A stretch of 64,000 nucleotides of DNA from Deinococcales bacterium (lineage in GTDB: Bacteria > Deinococcota > Deinococci > Deinococcales > JAAFIG01). Where the stretch lies: NCBI GenBank assembly GCA_043775825.1, contig JAYVRX010000071.1, positions 20,399 through 84,398 of the forward strand, in the 5' to 3' direction. The position numbers and the translations under genes are program-made. This document shows, piece after piece, positions 10,985-21,101 of the stretch. Each line of letters opens with the position of its first letter. The stretch's first letter is position 1. The notes below the pieces were generated by a model. It searched no databases, had not been told where the DNA came from, and saw only the letters and a program-made list of their open reading frames with translations.

Positions 10985-11311
10985 TCGTATACCTCCTCGA
11001 GCCTTTCGGCTCTGGTCGAACTACCCACACGCTAGCAATGACAATTCTGTACACGGTGAGCCAAGCTAAATAAATCTTTATGAAGTTACTCGACATAAAG
11101 ATGAGATAAACCTTACCACTGATGAATCAAGTTTAGTTTAGGGTCTGAAGGGGTCAAAGGTCAAAAATCCAGACCAAACTCGAGCATGTTTTTAGGCTTT
11201 ATGAGCCTAAAACCCGTGTGTGACAACAAAAATCTGATACGACTCGAGAATCACAGATTTGAACATGTTAAGCTTAAACACTGGGGATTACCCTCGAGAT
11301 CAGGTCAAACC

Positions 11312-11854
11312 ATGCTGGCATCCAAACTAAACCACACCATCACCATCCGCGAAATTTTAGAGTCCGACCTCGCCCTGTACCGCGACCTTAGACTCGAGGC
11401 ACTCAGGTTCGAGCCTGGGGCATTCAGCGCCGATTACGAGGAGGAACGCGCCCGTGCAGGATCACTTTGGCTCGAGCGACTGCGTGGCATTGTTCAAGAC
11501 CCCATGCAAACCCTGTTCGTTGCCGAAGAAAGCGCCGCCCTGATCGGCATGAATGGCATTGCCAGGGGAAGGAGTGCCAAAACCAGGCACTCGGCTGGCA
11601 TTTGGGGTGTTTACGTGCGCCCCGCCCACCGTAGCGCAGGCATTGCCACCGCGCTGCTTGGACACTCACTTTTATGGGCGCAACACAACAACGTCAGCCG
11701 CATCGAACTGTCCGTCACCACCCACAACACTCGAGCCTTAACGCTTTACAAACAAACTGGTTTTAACATTGCAGGCACGGTTCACGATGTCATGCGCGTC
11801 AACGGACAAAAGGTAGACGAATACTTGCTCGAGAAAATGCTGCCCACGGATTGA
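11312..11854 (+). CDS. GNAT family N-acetyltransferase
   Basis: Acetyl-CoA motif VRPAHRSAGIATALL and C-terminal LYKQTGF. Start chosen at MLASKLNH. Confidence 0.75.
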   Translation: MLASKLNHTITIREILESDLALYRDLRLEALRFEPGAFSADYEEERARAGSLWLERLRGIVQDPMQTLFVAEESAALIGMNGIARGRSAKTRHSAGIWGVYVRPAHRSAGIATALLGHSLLWAQHNNVSRIELSVTTHNTRALTLYKQTGFNIAGTVHDVMRVNGQKVDEYLLEKMLPTD

Positions 11855-11915
11855 CACGCACGGGCTGGGCGCGTATTATTTGCAAGCTTCGCTTGAGGTC
11901 TTGGGCGAGTACAGT

Positions 11916-12001
11916 GCCGGGATGGCGGAATGGTAGACGCGCCAGACTTAAAATCTGTTGTTCGTGAGGGCGTGCGGGTTCGAGTCCCGCTCTCGGCACC
12001 A
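11916..12001 (+). tRNA. tRNA-Leu (anticodon TAA), CCA encoded
   Basis: Hand-folded cloverleaf: acceptor GCCGGGA/TCTCGGC, anticodon loop CT-TAA-AA, long variable arm, TPsiC GGTTCGAGTCC, 3' ACCA. Confidence 0.85.
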
Positions 12002-12034
12002 GCTAGTCGCTTTAAATGATGGGCAGCACGTCGT

Positions 12035-12111
12035 GGCTATGTAGCTCAGTTGGTTAGAGCACACGACTCATAATCGTGGGGTCAACAGTTCAAGTCTGTT
12101 TATAGCCACCA
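12035..12111 (+). tRNA. tRNA with CAT anticodon (elongator Met or lysidine-modified Ile2), CCA encoded
   Basis: Acceptor GGCTATG/TATAGCC, D-arm TAGCTCAGTTGGTTAGAGCA, anticodon loop CT-CAT-AA, TPsiC AGTTCAAGTCTG. Confidence 0.85.
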
Positions 12112-12113
12112 AA

Positions 12114-12146
12114 GAAAACCCCGTCAATCACGGGGTTTCTTTATTT
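12114..12146 (+). terminator. rho-independent terminator after the tRNA pair
   Basis: AAACCCCGT-caatc-ACGGGGTTT followed by CTTTATTTC. Confidence 0.75.
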
Positions 12147-12474
12147 CTCGGGTTTTGAGGTTTGGGTCAAAATACGCAAAATGTCACAACCGTTGCACAA
12201 CTGACTTTTTTATCGGTCAATTTTTAACACCTGAATCTCGAGGTAATAAATCAGCAATGCCGAGAGCACTCAAACTTATCGTCAGGAGTTCCACGGCTGT
12301 CTTGTCGCGCCATTCCTGAAATAGCAAATAAATTAGGCAATCAAAGGCAACCTCGAGCTTGAATCAGACCAGTTGGGCTTGCTCGAGTTTTAAACTCAAA
12401 ATCGGCTTGAAGCCAGCAATTCACAATGAATGACCGAATTGAGCAAAAGTGAAGAAACTGACCGCTGCCCGAGA

Positions 12475-13518
12475 TTATTTTGGTGTCGCAGTTGAGTCTC
12501 GAACAATCAGTTCAGTTGCAAAACAAGGATGAGGCTCGGTTGGGGTTTCACCCCTGGCGAGTTTACTTAAGAGTTGTGCGGCGGCGGCACCCATTTCGCG
12601 CAGTGGTTGACGTACTGTAGTGAGTGCAGGATGGCAATTCACCGATTGGGGTACATCGTCAAAACCAATAATCGAAAGATCTTTGGGAACACGCAAACCC
12701 AACATCTGTGCAGCACGAAGGACGCCAAAAGCAATTTCATCGCTGGTTGCAAAAATCGCTGTTGGAGGATTTTCCAAACGCAGTAATTTTAAAGCTGCCT
12801 GTTCAGAGGATTTTTCAACCCTCAACTCATGGGTGTCACAATCCACCAAGTATTCGCTGGGTGTTTCAATACCCGCCTCGAGAAGCGTCTGCAAGAAACT
12901 ATCTTGCCGCTCGAGGACATCCTGACGAGGGATGTAAACCGTATCCTCTTTAGGGTTGATGGTCTTATTCGGAAAGCGCACATTGGCAATTCGGGTGTGT
13001 CCAAGCTCGAGCAAATGCCTGGCTGCCAGTTGACCACCGTGTTTGTTGTCCGCCTGAATTGTATAAGGTCCGTCGGCATTGATGGACACGACAGGGATCG
13101 AATTCATAAAAATCTGGTGTTCGTCCGCCACGGGCATCAGCAATAACACCCCGTCGGCAAGACTTCGCAGCAAAGTTGCCCGTTCGCGTTCGCGTTTGAC
13201 GTTGCTCGAGGTGGTAAAAACCGCCAGGTCAAAACCGTTCTTTTCGGCGGCAACGCTTGCACCCAGCAAAATTTCGTTCAGGTACAACGAATCAAATTGC
13301 GGCAAAATCACGCCCAACAAATTCATGCTGCGCCCCGCCAAGACTCGAGCCGCCGAATTTGCCACATAGCCGCATTGGGTTATCGCCCGTAAAACGCGTT
13401 GACGGGTTTCTTCGGACATGCCGTTTTTACCGTTAATGACGTTAGAGACAGTCATTTTGGAAACGCCAGCGATACTGGCAACGTCGGAAAGTGTGACCCC
13501 TGAATTTGTTTCAGCCAC
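12475..13518 (-). CDS. LacI family transcriptional regulator
   Basis: N-terminal HTH VTLSDVASIAGVSKMTVSNVINGK and a periplasmic-binding-protein-like C-terminal domain. Confidence 0.85.
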   Translation of the reverse strand: MAETNSGVTLSDVASIAGVSKMTVSNVINGKNGMSEETRQRVLRAITQCGYVANSAARVLAGRSMNLLGVILPQFDSLYLNEILLGASVAAEKNGFDLAVFTTSSNVKRERERATLLRSLADGVLLLMPVADEHQIFMNSIPVVSINADGPYTIQADNKHGGQLAARHLLELGHTRIANVRFPNKTINPKEDTVYIPRQDVLERQDSFLQTLLEAGIETPSEYLVDCDTHELRVEKSSEQAALKLLRLENPPTAIFATSDEIAFGVLRAAQMLGLRVPKDLSIIGFDDVPQSVNCHPALTTVRQPLREMGAAAAQLLSKLARGETPTEPHPCFATELIVRDSTATPK

Positions 13519-13980
13519 AGTAAAACCTCGACTCGAGAGGAAGCGTTAAATACGACTAGACAATAGTGTTTTCAGACAAAAGCCCATACTTTAATGATAA
13601 AGTTAGTTTCTTTAACGGTAAAGCTACAGGCTTCAAAAGTATTTGTCAAGCTCCAAAAAGCTGGTGGCAGAGGACTGAAAGTCAACTTGAGAGACTGCCA
13701 GGGCATAAGATTCAAACTCGAGCAACCAGAAATTAGTGCTCGAGCATTACCGATTAATTACAAATTTCAAAATCCATGAAGTTCACAGCCAACTCGAGCT
13801 TGAAGTCTTGCTGCAAATCAGTTCAGCATTTGCACAGCAAAGCCTGAAATCATGGATGCGCGGCAAATACGGCTATTGTTTGGTTTTTGATATCTCAAAC
13901 CCCCAAAGTCGTGCTAGAATTTCGCGCGCGAGCTTGCAGTTGCAAAACCCGTGCCGAAATCTTGAAAGGAAACCTGTTTT

Positions 13981-14057
13981 TGGTGCACCCGACAGAATTC
14001 GAATCTGTGACCTTTGCCTCCGGAGGGCAACGCTCTATCCGGCTGAGCTACGGGTGC
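13981..14057 (-). tRNA. tRNA-Arg (anticodon CCG), CCA encoded
   Basis: The reverse complement folds as GCACCCG TAGCTCAGCCGGATAGAGCG ... CT-CCG-GA ... GATTCGAATCTGT CGGGTGC ACCA. Confidence 0.85.
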
Positions 14058-14197
14058 GAAAAGAACCAGCGATGCGTGAAGCATCTGTTTTGAAGAGTAC
14101 ACTGACAACCCAATAGAGTGCAAGCCAGCTCAAGTCAATACAGCTCAAGTAGGGAATGAAATCAACAACGTGACCAAAAGTCACAGGAGGCAGTAAC

Positions 14198-16201
14198 GTG
14201 AGAGAAACACCGAAGAAATACGCAGCCATTGAGCAATCCGAACCCACATCCAAACGTACCGTCCTGGCACGGGTGGTGCTCGGCGTTGTGGCGGTTGCCC
14301 TGCTGGCGGGCATGATTGTGCAATTTACGCCCAACTTGGCATCCTTAACGGGCGGCGTGCAACGCACCGATGGCAAAACCTTGTTTAGCGTCAATGGCGC
14401 ACCAGTCAACGAACAAGATTATGAACGCACCAAGCAACAAAACCAATTGTTTGGACTTGCCAACGGCGGTACATTTCAACAAGACGTCAATAACCTTCTC
14501 ATGAATCAACTGGTGCTCGTCTCGAGCGCCCGCCAAGATGCCAGCCGTACTAACATCAGCGGCGGCGATGTCAGCAAGTACATCACCGACCTTCGCGCCC
14601 AACGCCAACTGACCAAAGATTCGGATTACACCGCTTTTGTCCAGTCCAACGGTTACAACGACGCCACCTTCCGCGATGCCGTGCGTCAACAATTGCAACT
14701 GACCAAACGCATCGAAGAGATTCAAAAAGGTGTCACCATTTCGGATGCCGAACTGAAATTCTTTTACGACCAAAACAAGAACAACTATAAAGAGACAGAC
14801 CGCATTTTGGCGCGTCAAATTGTGGTGGATAAACAAGCCGATGCCGATGCGATTCAAGCCAGCCTTAAGGCGGGCGAAGCCTTCGATAAACTTGCCAGCC
14901 AAAAAAGCACCGTCGGCAAAGACCAAGACGGCGCATTGGGCGCAAAAACGGGCGAGAAAGTGCCGCAACCGATTGCCGAAATTGCCCTGCCTAAAAACAT
15001 TGCCGATGCCGCGTTTAAGCTCAAGCAAGGCGGCATGACCCCAACCATTGCCGACGGCGGTAAGTTCTACATTGTCAAAGTCGAAAAATTCTTACCTGCG
15101 GGCGTACCAAGCTTTGAAACCTTAAAAGCCAAAATGGACAAAGCCCCTGACGGCAAAGAAACCAATAAGCTGACCGAAGACGCCAAAGCCTTGAAAGGCA
15201 ACGGCGCAATCGAAGCCTGGGTTAAGGGCTTACAACAAAACGCCAAACTCGAGTTCCCAAAAGATTCTAAACTCGATTTTTATGACCCAGCCGTTGCGAC
15301 GGTGGGCAAAACCGACATCAAGCTCTCGGAACTTAACCGCAGCGTCTACAGCAACCAACAAATTCAGCAATTCTTGCAGCAAGGTGCGCAGGGTGCAACC
15401 TTGGTCGAGCAATTTTTCAAACCCCAAAGTCTTGATAACCTGATCAACCAAGAGGTTGCCGTGCAAGCCGCCAAGAAGAGCGGGCAACCATTCTTTGGTG
15501 CGGGCGCTGACATTTTGCAACAAATTCAAAACTATCAATCTAAAGACACCGCCATCACCGACGCGGACGTTAAAAAGTATTACACCGACAACATTGCCAC
15601 TTACACCACCCCAGCCAGCGCCGACATTCAAGAGGCAAGCTTTAAAACCCTTGTGCAAGCCAAGGCATTCCGCGCCGCGTTTATTGGCGGCGGAACGGAT
15701 TTCACCAAAGATGCTGCCAAACAAAAGGGTACTGTCACTGAGACTGGTTCTGTCACGCCAGAGAGCGTTAACCCAGCCTACAAAAAAGTCTTGTTTGACG
15801 CCAAAGCCTTAGCCAAAGCAGGCGCATTGCAAGTCTCTGACGTGATTGAGAACAACAAGCAATTTATCGTGGTCGGCGTGAAATCCTACATTGAAAAGAG
15901 TGTCAAACCATTTAGCGAGGTCGCCGCCGATGCCAAAGAAAAAGCCTTGATTGGCAAACGCGCCGTGGTCGGACAAAAATGGTTGACGGACACAGTCAAA
16001 GCCGCCAAACCCGTCAAAAAATACGACGATGTCCGCAAACAACTCGAGCTTCGTGCCAAGAAAGCCGATGCCGACAAAGCCGCCGAGGATGCCAAACGCA
16101 AGGCAGAACTCGAGAAGCAGAATAAAGCAACGCCAACAACTCCAACAACCACTCCGACTACAACGCCAACCACCCCAGCCGCACCACCAGCTTCAAAATA
16201 A
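14198..16201 (+). CDS. PpiD/SurA-like periplasmic chaperone / peptidyl-prolyl isomerase with Thr-Pro-rich C-terminal tail
   Basis: N-terminal TM anchor, SurA_N-like region, parvulin-like segment (ARQIVV...), C-terminal PTTPTTTPTTTPTTP. Confidence 0.6.
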   Translation: MRETPKKYAAIEQSEPTSKRTVLARVVLGVVAVALLAGMIVQFTPNLASLTGGVQRTDGKTLFSVNGAPVNEQDYERTKQQNQLFGLANGGTFQQDVNNLLMNQLVLVSSARQDASRTNISGGDVSKYITDLRAQRQLTKDSDYTAFVQSNGYNDATFRDAVRQQLQLTKRIEEIQKGVTISDAELKFFYDQNKNNYKETDRILARQIVVDKQADADAIQASLKAGEAFDKLASQKSTVGKDQDGALGAKTGEKVPQPIAEIALPKNIADAAFKLKQGGMTPTIADGGKFYIVKVEKFLPAGVPSFETLKAKMDKAPDGKETNKLTEDAKALKGNGAIEAWVKGLQQNAKLEFPKDSKLDFYDPAVATVGKTDIKLSELNRSVYSNQQIQQFLQQGAQGATLVEQFFKPQSLDNLINQEVAVQAAKKSGQPFFGAGADILQQIQNYQSKDTAITDADVKKYYTDNIATYTTPASADIQEASFKTLVQAKAFRAAFIGGGTDFTKDAAKQKGTVTETGSVTPESVNPAYKKVLFDAKALAKAGALQVSDVIENNKQFIVVGVKSYIEKSVKPFSEVAADAKEKALIGKRAVVGQKWLTDTVKAAKPVKKYDDVRKQLELRAKKADADKAAEDAKRKAELEKQNKATPTTPTTTPTTTPTTPAAPPASK

Positions 16202-16215
16202 AGTCTTAAACACCA

Positions 16216-16256
16216 AAGAACGCACGACTGACATCAGTCGTGCGTTCTTTATTTCG
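16216..16256 (+). terminator. rho-independent terminator
   Basis: AGAACGCACGACTG...CAGTCGTGCGTTCT stem followed by TTATTTC. Confidence 0.75.
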
Positions 16257-16325
16257 AGTTCATGACATGATGAAATCAGATTGTTTTCAGCACTCGAGTA
16301 ACCTCAAACCCAACCAAGGAACTTC

Positions 16326-17558
16326 ATGAAACCCAATGCTTTGTCTTTGCCGCTCGAGTTTAGAATCTTGTTGCTTGAAAGCATGTTTGGTGCTCTTGCC
16401 AACCGTGCTTTAACCGTGGTGATCGGTTATCAAATTTACGCCCTGACCAAAAACCCTTTAAGCCTGGGGTTTTTGGGACTGGTCGAAGCGATTCCAGCCC
16501 TGTCGCTGGCACTTTTTGGTGGTCATGTCGCAGACCGTTTAGACCGTCGCCTGATCGTGTTGGTGACTCGAGGCATCAATATTTTGTGCATTGTGGCGTT
16601 CGTCGTGTTCTCGATCAGTCCGCAACGCTTTGGATTGCTTTCTATGTACGCTGTGGTCTTCGTCGCAGGTCTTGCCAGGGGTTTCGGTGATCCCGCCGCC
16701 AGCGCCTTTGAAACCCAGGTGATTCCGCAAGCCACGTTTGTTCGCTCGAGTGCGCTCTTATCGAGCGTCGGGCAGGGCAGTTCGATTATTGGTCCGGCTT
16801 TGGGCGGCATCGCTTACGATGCCTTTGGTGTGACCGCAACTTATGTTTTGATCGCCGTGTTGCTGGGGTTTTCGTGGTTGTGCATTGCCAGCCTGCGCAG
16901 TAAACCTGTGCCCATTCCAGATGAAACCGAAAATATCTGGCAAAGCATCTCTGAAGGGGTACGTTATGTGTTTGCCAATCAAGTGCTGGTCGGTTCGATG
17001 GCGCTGGATTTGATCGCGGTCTTGTTTGGCGGTGCGGTGGCATTGCTGCCTGTGTTCGCCAACGATATTTTGCATGTTGGCGCTGGCGGCTTGGGCTTGC
17101 TGAGTGCCGCGACCTCTATCGGCACGCTACTGACCATGCTGATTGCCACCCGTTACCCACCAACCCGCATGGCGGGACGCAACCTGCTGCTGGCAGTCGC
17201 CGGCTTTGGTTGCTCGATTATTTTATTCGCCCTCTCGACAAACCTTTGGCTGTCGATGTTCGCCCTGGCACTCTCAGGCGCGTTCGACGGGGTCAGCATG
17301 ATTATCCGCAGCGCCATCCAACGCGTCATGTCCCCAGAGCACATGCGCGGCAGAATTGCCGCCGTGACCTGGATTTTTATTGGCTCGAGCAACGAGATTG
17401 GCGCGTTTGAAAGTGGTTTTGCCGCCAGTCTGCTGGGGGTTGTGCGCAGCGTCTGGATGGGTGGACTGGTGACGCTGGGTGTTGTTGCCGGCAGCGCGAT
17501 TCTTGCGCCGAAACTCCGAACCTTGCGTCTTGAAGACAATGGTGAAGTCGTTTCTTAA
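16326..17558 (+). CDS. MFS transporter
   Basis: About 12 predicted TM helices and a GGHVADRLDRR loop motif between TM2 and TM3. Confidence 0.75.
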   Translation: MKPNALSLPLEFRILLLESMFGALANRALTVVIGYQIYALTKNPLSLGFLGLVEAIPALSLALFGGHVADRLDRRLIVLVTRGINILCIVAFVVFSISPQRFGLLSMYAVVFVAGLARGFGDPAASAFETQVIPQATFVRSSALLSSVGQGSSIIGPALGGIAYDAFGVTATYVLIAVLLGFSWLCIASLRSKPVPIPDETENIWQSISEGVRYVFANQVLVGSMALDLIAVLFGGAVALLPVFANDILHVGAGGLGLLSAATSIGTLLTMLIATRYPPTRMAGRNLLLAVAGFGCSIILFALSTNLWLSMFALALSGAFDGVSMIIRSAIQRVMSPEHMRGRIAAVTWIFIGSSNEIGAFESGFAASLLGVVRSVWMGGLVTLGVVAGSAILAPKLRTLRLEDNGEVVS

Positions 17559-18820
17559 GCTTGAAAAACCCGAGCGACAGGCAAGTACAGCAACAGGGTG
17601 ATGGTTGTCCCCAATGCCAGTATTCCAAATGCTAGCGTAAAACCAAACGGCTCGAGAATCAAAGGGTTGCTCGAGAACGCGCCAACGATCAGACCGATCA
17701 ACCATTGCAGAACAAACGTACCACCAATGCCGAACATGTTGGTAAAAGTTGTCACCCTGCCTGTGAATCCAAACGGGTATAAACTTTTGGCGTGTGAAAG
17801 CAACAACAAATTGCTGGTTCCAAACGCGCCGTACAAAAAATAAATCGGGTACATCAAACCCAGTGATGGTTGCAGCGCAAAGGCGAGTTGGCAGCAACAA
17901 AAACCAGAGATTCCAAAGACCGCCACCCGAGCAATCCCCAAACGATCACCCAACCAGCCGCTCATTAAATATCCAACAGCCGTTCCCAAACCCATGATGG
18001 TCAACAGAACACCAGCGCCGTTTTTGTCCAAACCGTAAACGCTCGAGAGGAAACGTTCGCCGCCCCAAAGGGTTTGCACGCTGAGCAAACCACCTGCCGT
18101 AAAAAAATTGACCAAACTGATGCGTACAAGCCTCGAATCAAGTTTGAATTTTTGGCTTAAGGTTGAGGTCACTGTGAGCGATTTAGTGGGTGGTGTGTTT
18201 CGCACAAATACAGCGATCAAAACCGCGCTGAGTGCCGTCAATCCCGCGCCGTAAACAAACACCGAACGCCAGCCCGAAACGCTCGAGAGCCAAGCCAGCG
18301 GTGAGGCAGCGAACAAAGCGCCAAACGTTCCCAAAGCCATTAGGACGCCCGTGACCGTAGCATTTTGAGCGGCTGGAAACCAAAAGCCAAAACTCTTAAA
18401 CGCCACCATCAAACTGCCCGCCAAACCAAGCCCCAACAACATTCTGGCGGCTGCCAACAGCCAAAAACTGTGAGCGAGACTGAACAACAAACTGCCCAAA
18501 ACCGCAATGCCAAGCAGCACGGGTTGCACGGCTCGAGTTCCAAACCGATCCAATGCCAAGCCAATCGGAATTTGTCCAGCCGCGAACGCAAAATAAAACA
18601 AACTCGTCATCAAGCCCAGATCGCCAGGTGAAAGTTTAAGTTCTCGGGTTAAGTCGGGCGCAATCACGGCATTGGTGCTTCTGAAAAAGTACGATAAAAA
18701 ATAGGCGAAGGTTAACAACCAAAACACAATGGTTGAACTTGAGTGATACGGTTTTGCTGGTGAGGGCACACGGCACTCTAACGCGAGTCTGCAAGCAAGA
18801 ACCACTTCTTTCAACCTCAA
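17555..18820 (-). CDS. MFS transporter
   Basis: About 12 TM helices and a GLALDRFGTR motif. The start codon is uncertain. Confidence 0.7.
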   Translation of the reverse strand: MRLKEVVLACRLALECRVPSPAKPYHSSSTIVFWLLTFAYFLSYFFRSTNAVIAPDLTRELKLSPGDLGLMTSLFYFAFAAGQIPIGLALDRFGTRAVQPVLLGIAVLGSLLFSLAHSFWLLAAARMLLGLGLAGSLMVAFKSFGFWFPAAQNATVTGVLMALGTFGALFAASPLAWLSSVSGWRSVFVYGAGLTALSAVLIAVFVRNTPPTKSLTVTSTLSQKFKLDSRLVRISLVNFFTAGGLLSVQTLWGGERFLSSVYGLDKNGAGVLLTIMGLGTAVGYLMSGWLGDRLGIARVAVFGISGFCCCQLAFALQPSLGLMYPIYFLYGAFGTSNLLLLSHAKSLYPFGFTGRVTTFTNMFGIGGTFVLQWLIGLIVGAFSSNPLILEPFGFTLAFGILALGTTITLLLYLPVARVFQA

Positions 18821-18838
18821 ATGCCTTAAACTTAAACT

Positions 18839-19378
18839 ATGAAAGCATTCTGGGTTTTTGTGCTGGTGTTGTTAACGGCTATCCTTCCGATCCAAGCCCA
18901 AGAATTTCATTTGACAACCTCGAGTTTGCAAGCCGCCCCAGAATCCACACCGACGATAGCAAAAAGCTTAAATGCGTTTCAAACACTGTTCGGCAACCTC
19001 GAGCCAGGATTTGCAGGATCACAAATTTCCAAACGCCTTCTGGTCTGGGCGATTCCTTGGATGGGTGCGAGCGTGCTGGGTTTGTGGCTCTCGAGTAGCG
19101 ATTCGCAAAAAGGCTTTTGGGGCATGAGTGGCGCGTGGGGCTTTGTCAACGGTGCAATCGCTTTGATTGGCTTGCTGGGCGCTGAAACGGGTGATTACGC
19201 GGCTTTAAGAACCACGCTTTGGATCAACACGGGTTTAGATCTTTTGTACGTGGCAAGTGGACTGTATTTACTGTCTAGACCCGAAGAAACCTGGCGCGGC
19301 GGTGGCACGGCAATACTGATTCAAGGCGGTTTTTTGCTGGTGTTCGATGTTTTGCATGCCCTGCTCTTACCCGCTTGA
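18839..19378 (+). CDS. hypothetical membrane protein with signal peptide
   Basis: 179-aa ORF with an N-terminal signal sequence and 3-4 hydrophobic helices. No family recognised. Confidence 0.5.
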   Translation: MKAFWVFVLVLLTAILPIQAQEFHLTTSSLQAAPESTPTIAKSLNAFQTLFGNLEPGFAGSQISKRLLVWAIPWMGASVLGLWLSSSDSQKGFWGMSGAWGFVNGAIALIGLLGAETGDYAALRTTLWINTGLDLLYVASGLYLLSRPEETWRGGGTAILIQGGFLLVFDVLHALLLPA

Positions 19379-19414
19379 ATCTCGAGTCCAACTGAATTAC
19401 TGGTTTTTATGAAG

Positions 19415-19461
19415 TTAAGTACCTCCTACTTAAGTTTTACAGTTCTATCGTAAAACTTAAG
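19415..19461 (+). promoter_or_regulatory. two mutually exclusive hairpins in the leader of the S41 peptidase gene
   Basis: TTAAGTA-cctcc-TACTTAA (19415-19433) shares its 3' arm with CTTAAGTTTTAC-agttctatc-GTAAAACTTAAG (19429-19461, perfect 12-bp stem). Confidence 0.35.
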
Positions 19462-19630
19462 GCGAGCTATGTGAGTAAGGAAAGCGTATCTTACGCGGAA
19501 TTCTAGAATTCTGCTGGGTTTGGCAGAATGATAGAATGTAGCCGCGAGATACTTAGTCGGCGGCTTCAAACTCACGTTTCTTAAAGCCCTCTCGAGAATT
19601 TCAAGCATTGCGGCGTTAAACTTTACGCCA

Positions 19631-20902
19631 ATGAAATTTCCTGCGTTCGGCATTATTGTGCTTTTGTTGGCATTGTCATTTTCCAAAGCCGATTCTGTCG
19701 CACCAGGGAATCAACTGTTTGAGAAAACCCTCGAGTTACTCGACACCAACTATTACGGTTACTCGAGTTTTGACCTGAAAAATTTGCGTGACCAATTTCA
19801 ACCTCAGCTTGACAATGCTTGCAAAAACCTTGATCCATGCCCGTTTACTGCCGCAGAAAGTGTGGTGACGGACTTGATCTCGAGTTTGAACGACCCGCAC
19901 ACCTACCGTTTGAATGTCGAGCAAACCAAAGCCAGAGACCGTGAATTTGCGGGTCAAAGTTTGCTCACCACCAGCATTGGCGTGCGCCTGACCAGCCTGC
20001 CCGATGCCGATCTGCTACTGGTCAATCGTGTGCTGCAAGGCAGTCCTGCCGACAAAGCAGGTTTAAAACGAGGTGACAGGATTTACAAATTTGGGGACTT
20101 TAAAACCAGTCAATTTCAGACTGAAACCCAAGCCCTGGGTGCGTTCAAGGCGCTCGAGGCTGAGAACAAAACCTTTAAAATTCGTCTTGCCAGCCCAGAT
20201 GCCCCAACCCACACGCTTGAGGTCACGCCAGCCAACCTGCCCCCTTGGAATCCTCAACTCGAGTGGCGCGGTAATGTTGGGATCATCACGATTTTTCAAT
20301 TTAAAGCCGGTGGACAAGTTGCGGGTAAAATCCATGCGTTGGTGCGTCAAGCCCAAAAAAATCAAGCTCGAGCCATTGTTCTTGACGTGCGCGACAGTGC
20401 TGGCGGTCTGGTCACAGAAATGCTCGCCAGCGTTGGCGCATTTCTCGAGCATCCAGTGCTTTTAGACGAATTTCGTTGGGGGAAACTAAAATTTGAGTTT
20501 CTGAATGGAAAATTTATGCAAACCGAGAACGACAACAGCCTGACCACCGTGCCATTGGTTGCACAGCCCACACTCTGGACGGGCAAACTTGCCGTGCTGA
20601 CCAACAGCATTGCTAAAAGTGCGCCCGAATATTTGGCGTATTTGCTGCAAAAAAACAAACGCGCCAAAGTCTACGGCACACCAACCTTGGGTGCACTTGA
20701 CACCAGCAACAGTTTTTTTAATCTACCAGACGGCTCGAGCATGGCAATCAGTTTGGGACGTGCCCAAAATGCCGACGGCACCAAATTTCCAATTAGGGTT
20801 ACACCAGATCAGATCGTGCCAGATGACATGCTGGCGCTCAGTTTGGGACGCGATGTGATTCTCGAGACGGCGCTGCGTTCACTCGAGGATGTTGGGAATT
20901 GA
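19631..20902 (+). CDS. S41 family C-terminal processing peptidase with PDZ domain
   Basis: Signal peptide, PDZ segment VLQGSPADKAGLKRGDRI, and S41 core LDVRDSAGG ... LTNSIAKSAPE. Confidence 0.7.
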   Translation: MKFPAFGIIVLLLALSFSKADSVAPGNQLFEKTLELLDTNYYGYSSFDLKNLRDQFQPQLDNACKNLDPCPFTAAESVVTDLISSLNDPHTYRLNVEQTKARDREFAGQSLLTTSIGVRLTSLPDADLLLVNRVLQGSPADKAGLKRGDRIYKFGDFKTSQFQTETQALGAFKALEAENKTFKIRLASPDAPTHTLEVTPANLPPWNPQLEWRGNVGIITIFQFKAGGQVAGKIHALVRQAQKNQARAIVLDVRDSAGGLVTEMLASVGAFLEHPVLLDEFRWGKLKFEFLNGKFMQTENDNSLTTVPLVAQPTLWTGKLAVLTNSIAKSAPEYLAYLLQKNKRAKVYGTPTLGALDTSNSFFNLPDGSSMAISLGRAQNADGTKFPIRVTPDQIVPDDMLALSLGRDVILETALRSLEDVGN

Positions 20903-21101
20903 TGTACTCGAGAAAATTTGGCTTAGGTTTTCTGACGCTCCTTTTTGGAATCCCAATTCGAGTCAAATTCTAGTTTCCCGAAAAACTCGAGAATCTTAAG
21001 TTGCTTTTTGTGTAGAACGTCTTCTCAGAGTGTTTTTTTGGCAGCTTCAAGTTTGTTTTTTTCTGTGGCGCGAAAAGATTGGTTTTTCATTCAAACCTCC
21101 T

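Noticed and set aside
13736-14116. 126-aa ORF (plus sibling ORFs at 13887-14093 and 13914-14123)
   Set aside because: They run across the tRNA-Arg(CCG) gene, so they are incompatible with it.
14345-15028. 227-aa ORF on the minus strand
   Set aside because: It is antisense to the PpiD-like gene. No recognisable features.
14522-16046. Long CTCGAG-free gaps (about 720 and 790 bp) in the ppiD-like gene, considered as evidence of horizontal transfer
   Set aside because: A few gaps of this size are expected from the spacing distribution alone, and the gene otherwise looks native. This also limits how much weight the gap at 62.4-63.1 kb can carry.
17274-17900. 208-aa ORF on the minus strand spanning the junction of the two MFS genes
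   Set aside because: It overlaps two convincing 12-TM transporter genes, and its composition is unlike a real protein.
19498-19511. 14-bp perfect palindrome GAATTCTAGAATTC, considered as a stand-alone operator
   Set aside because: About four 14-bp perfect palindromes are expected by chance in 64 kb. It is mentioned only as context for the neighbouring hairpins.
19426-19686. 86-aa minus-strand ORF in the S41 peptidase leader
   Set aside because: It overlaps the peptidase start and the hairpin region. It has no ribosome-binding site and no family resemblance.
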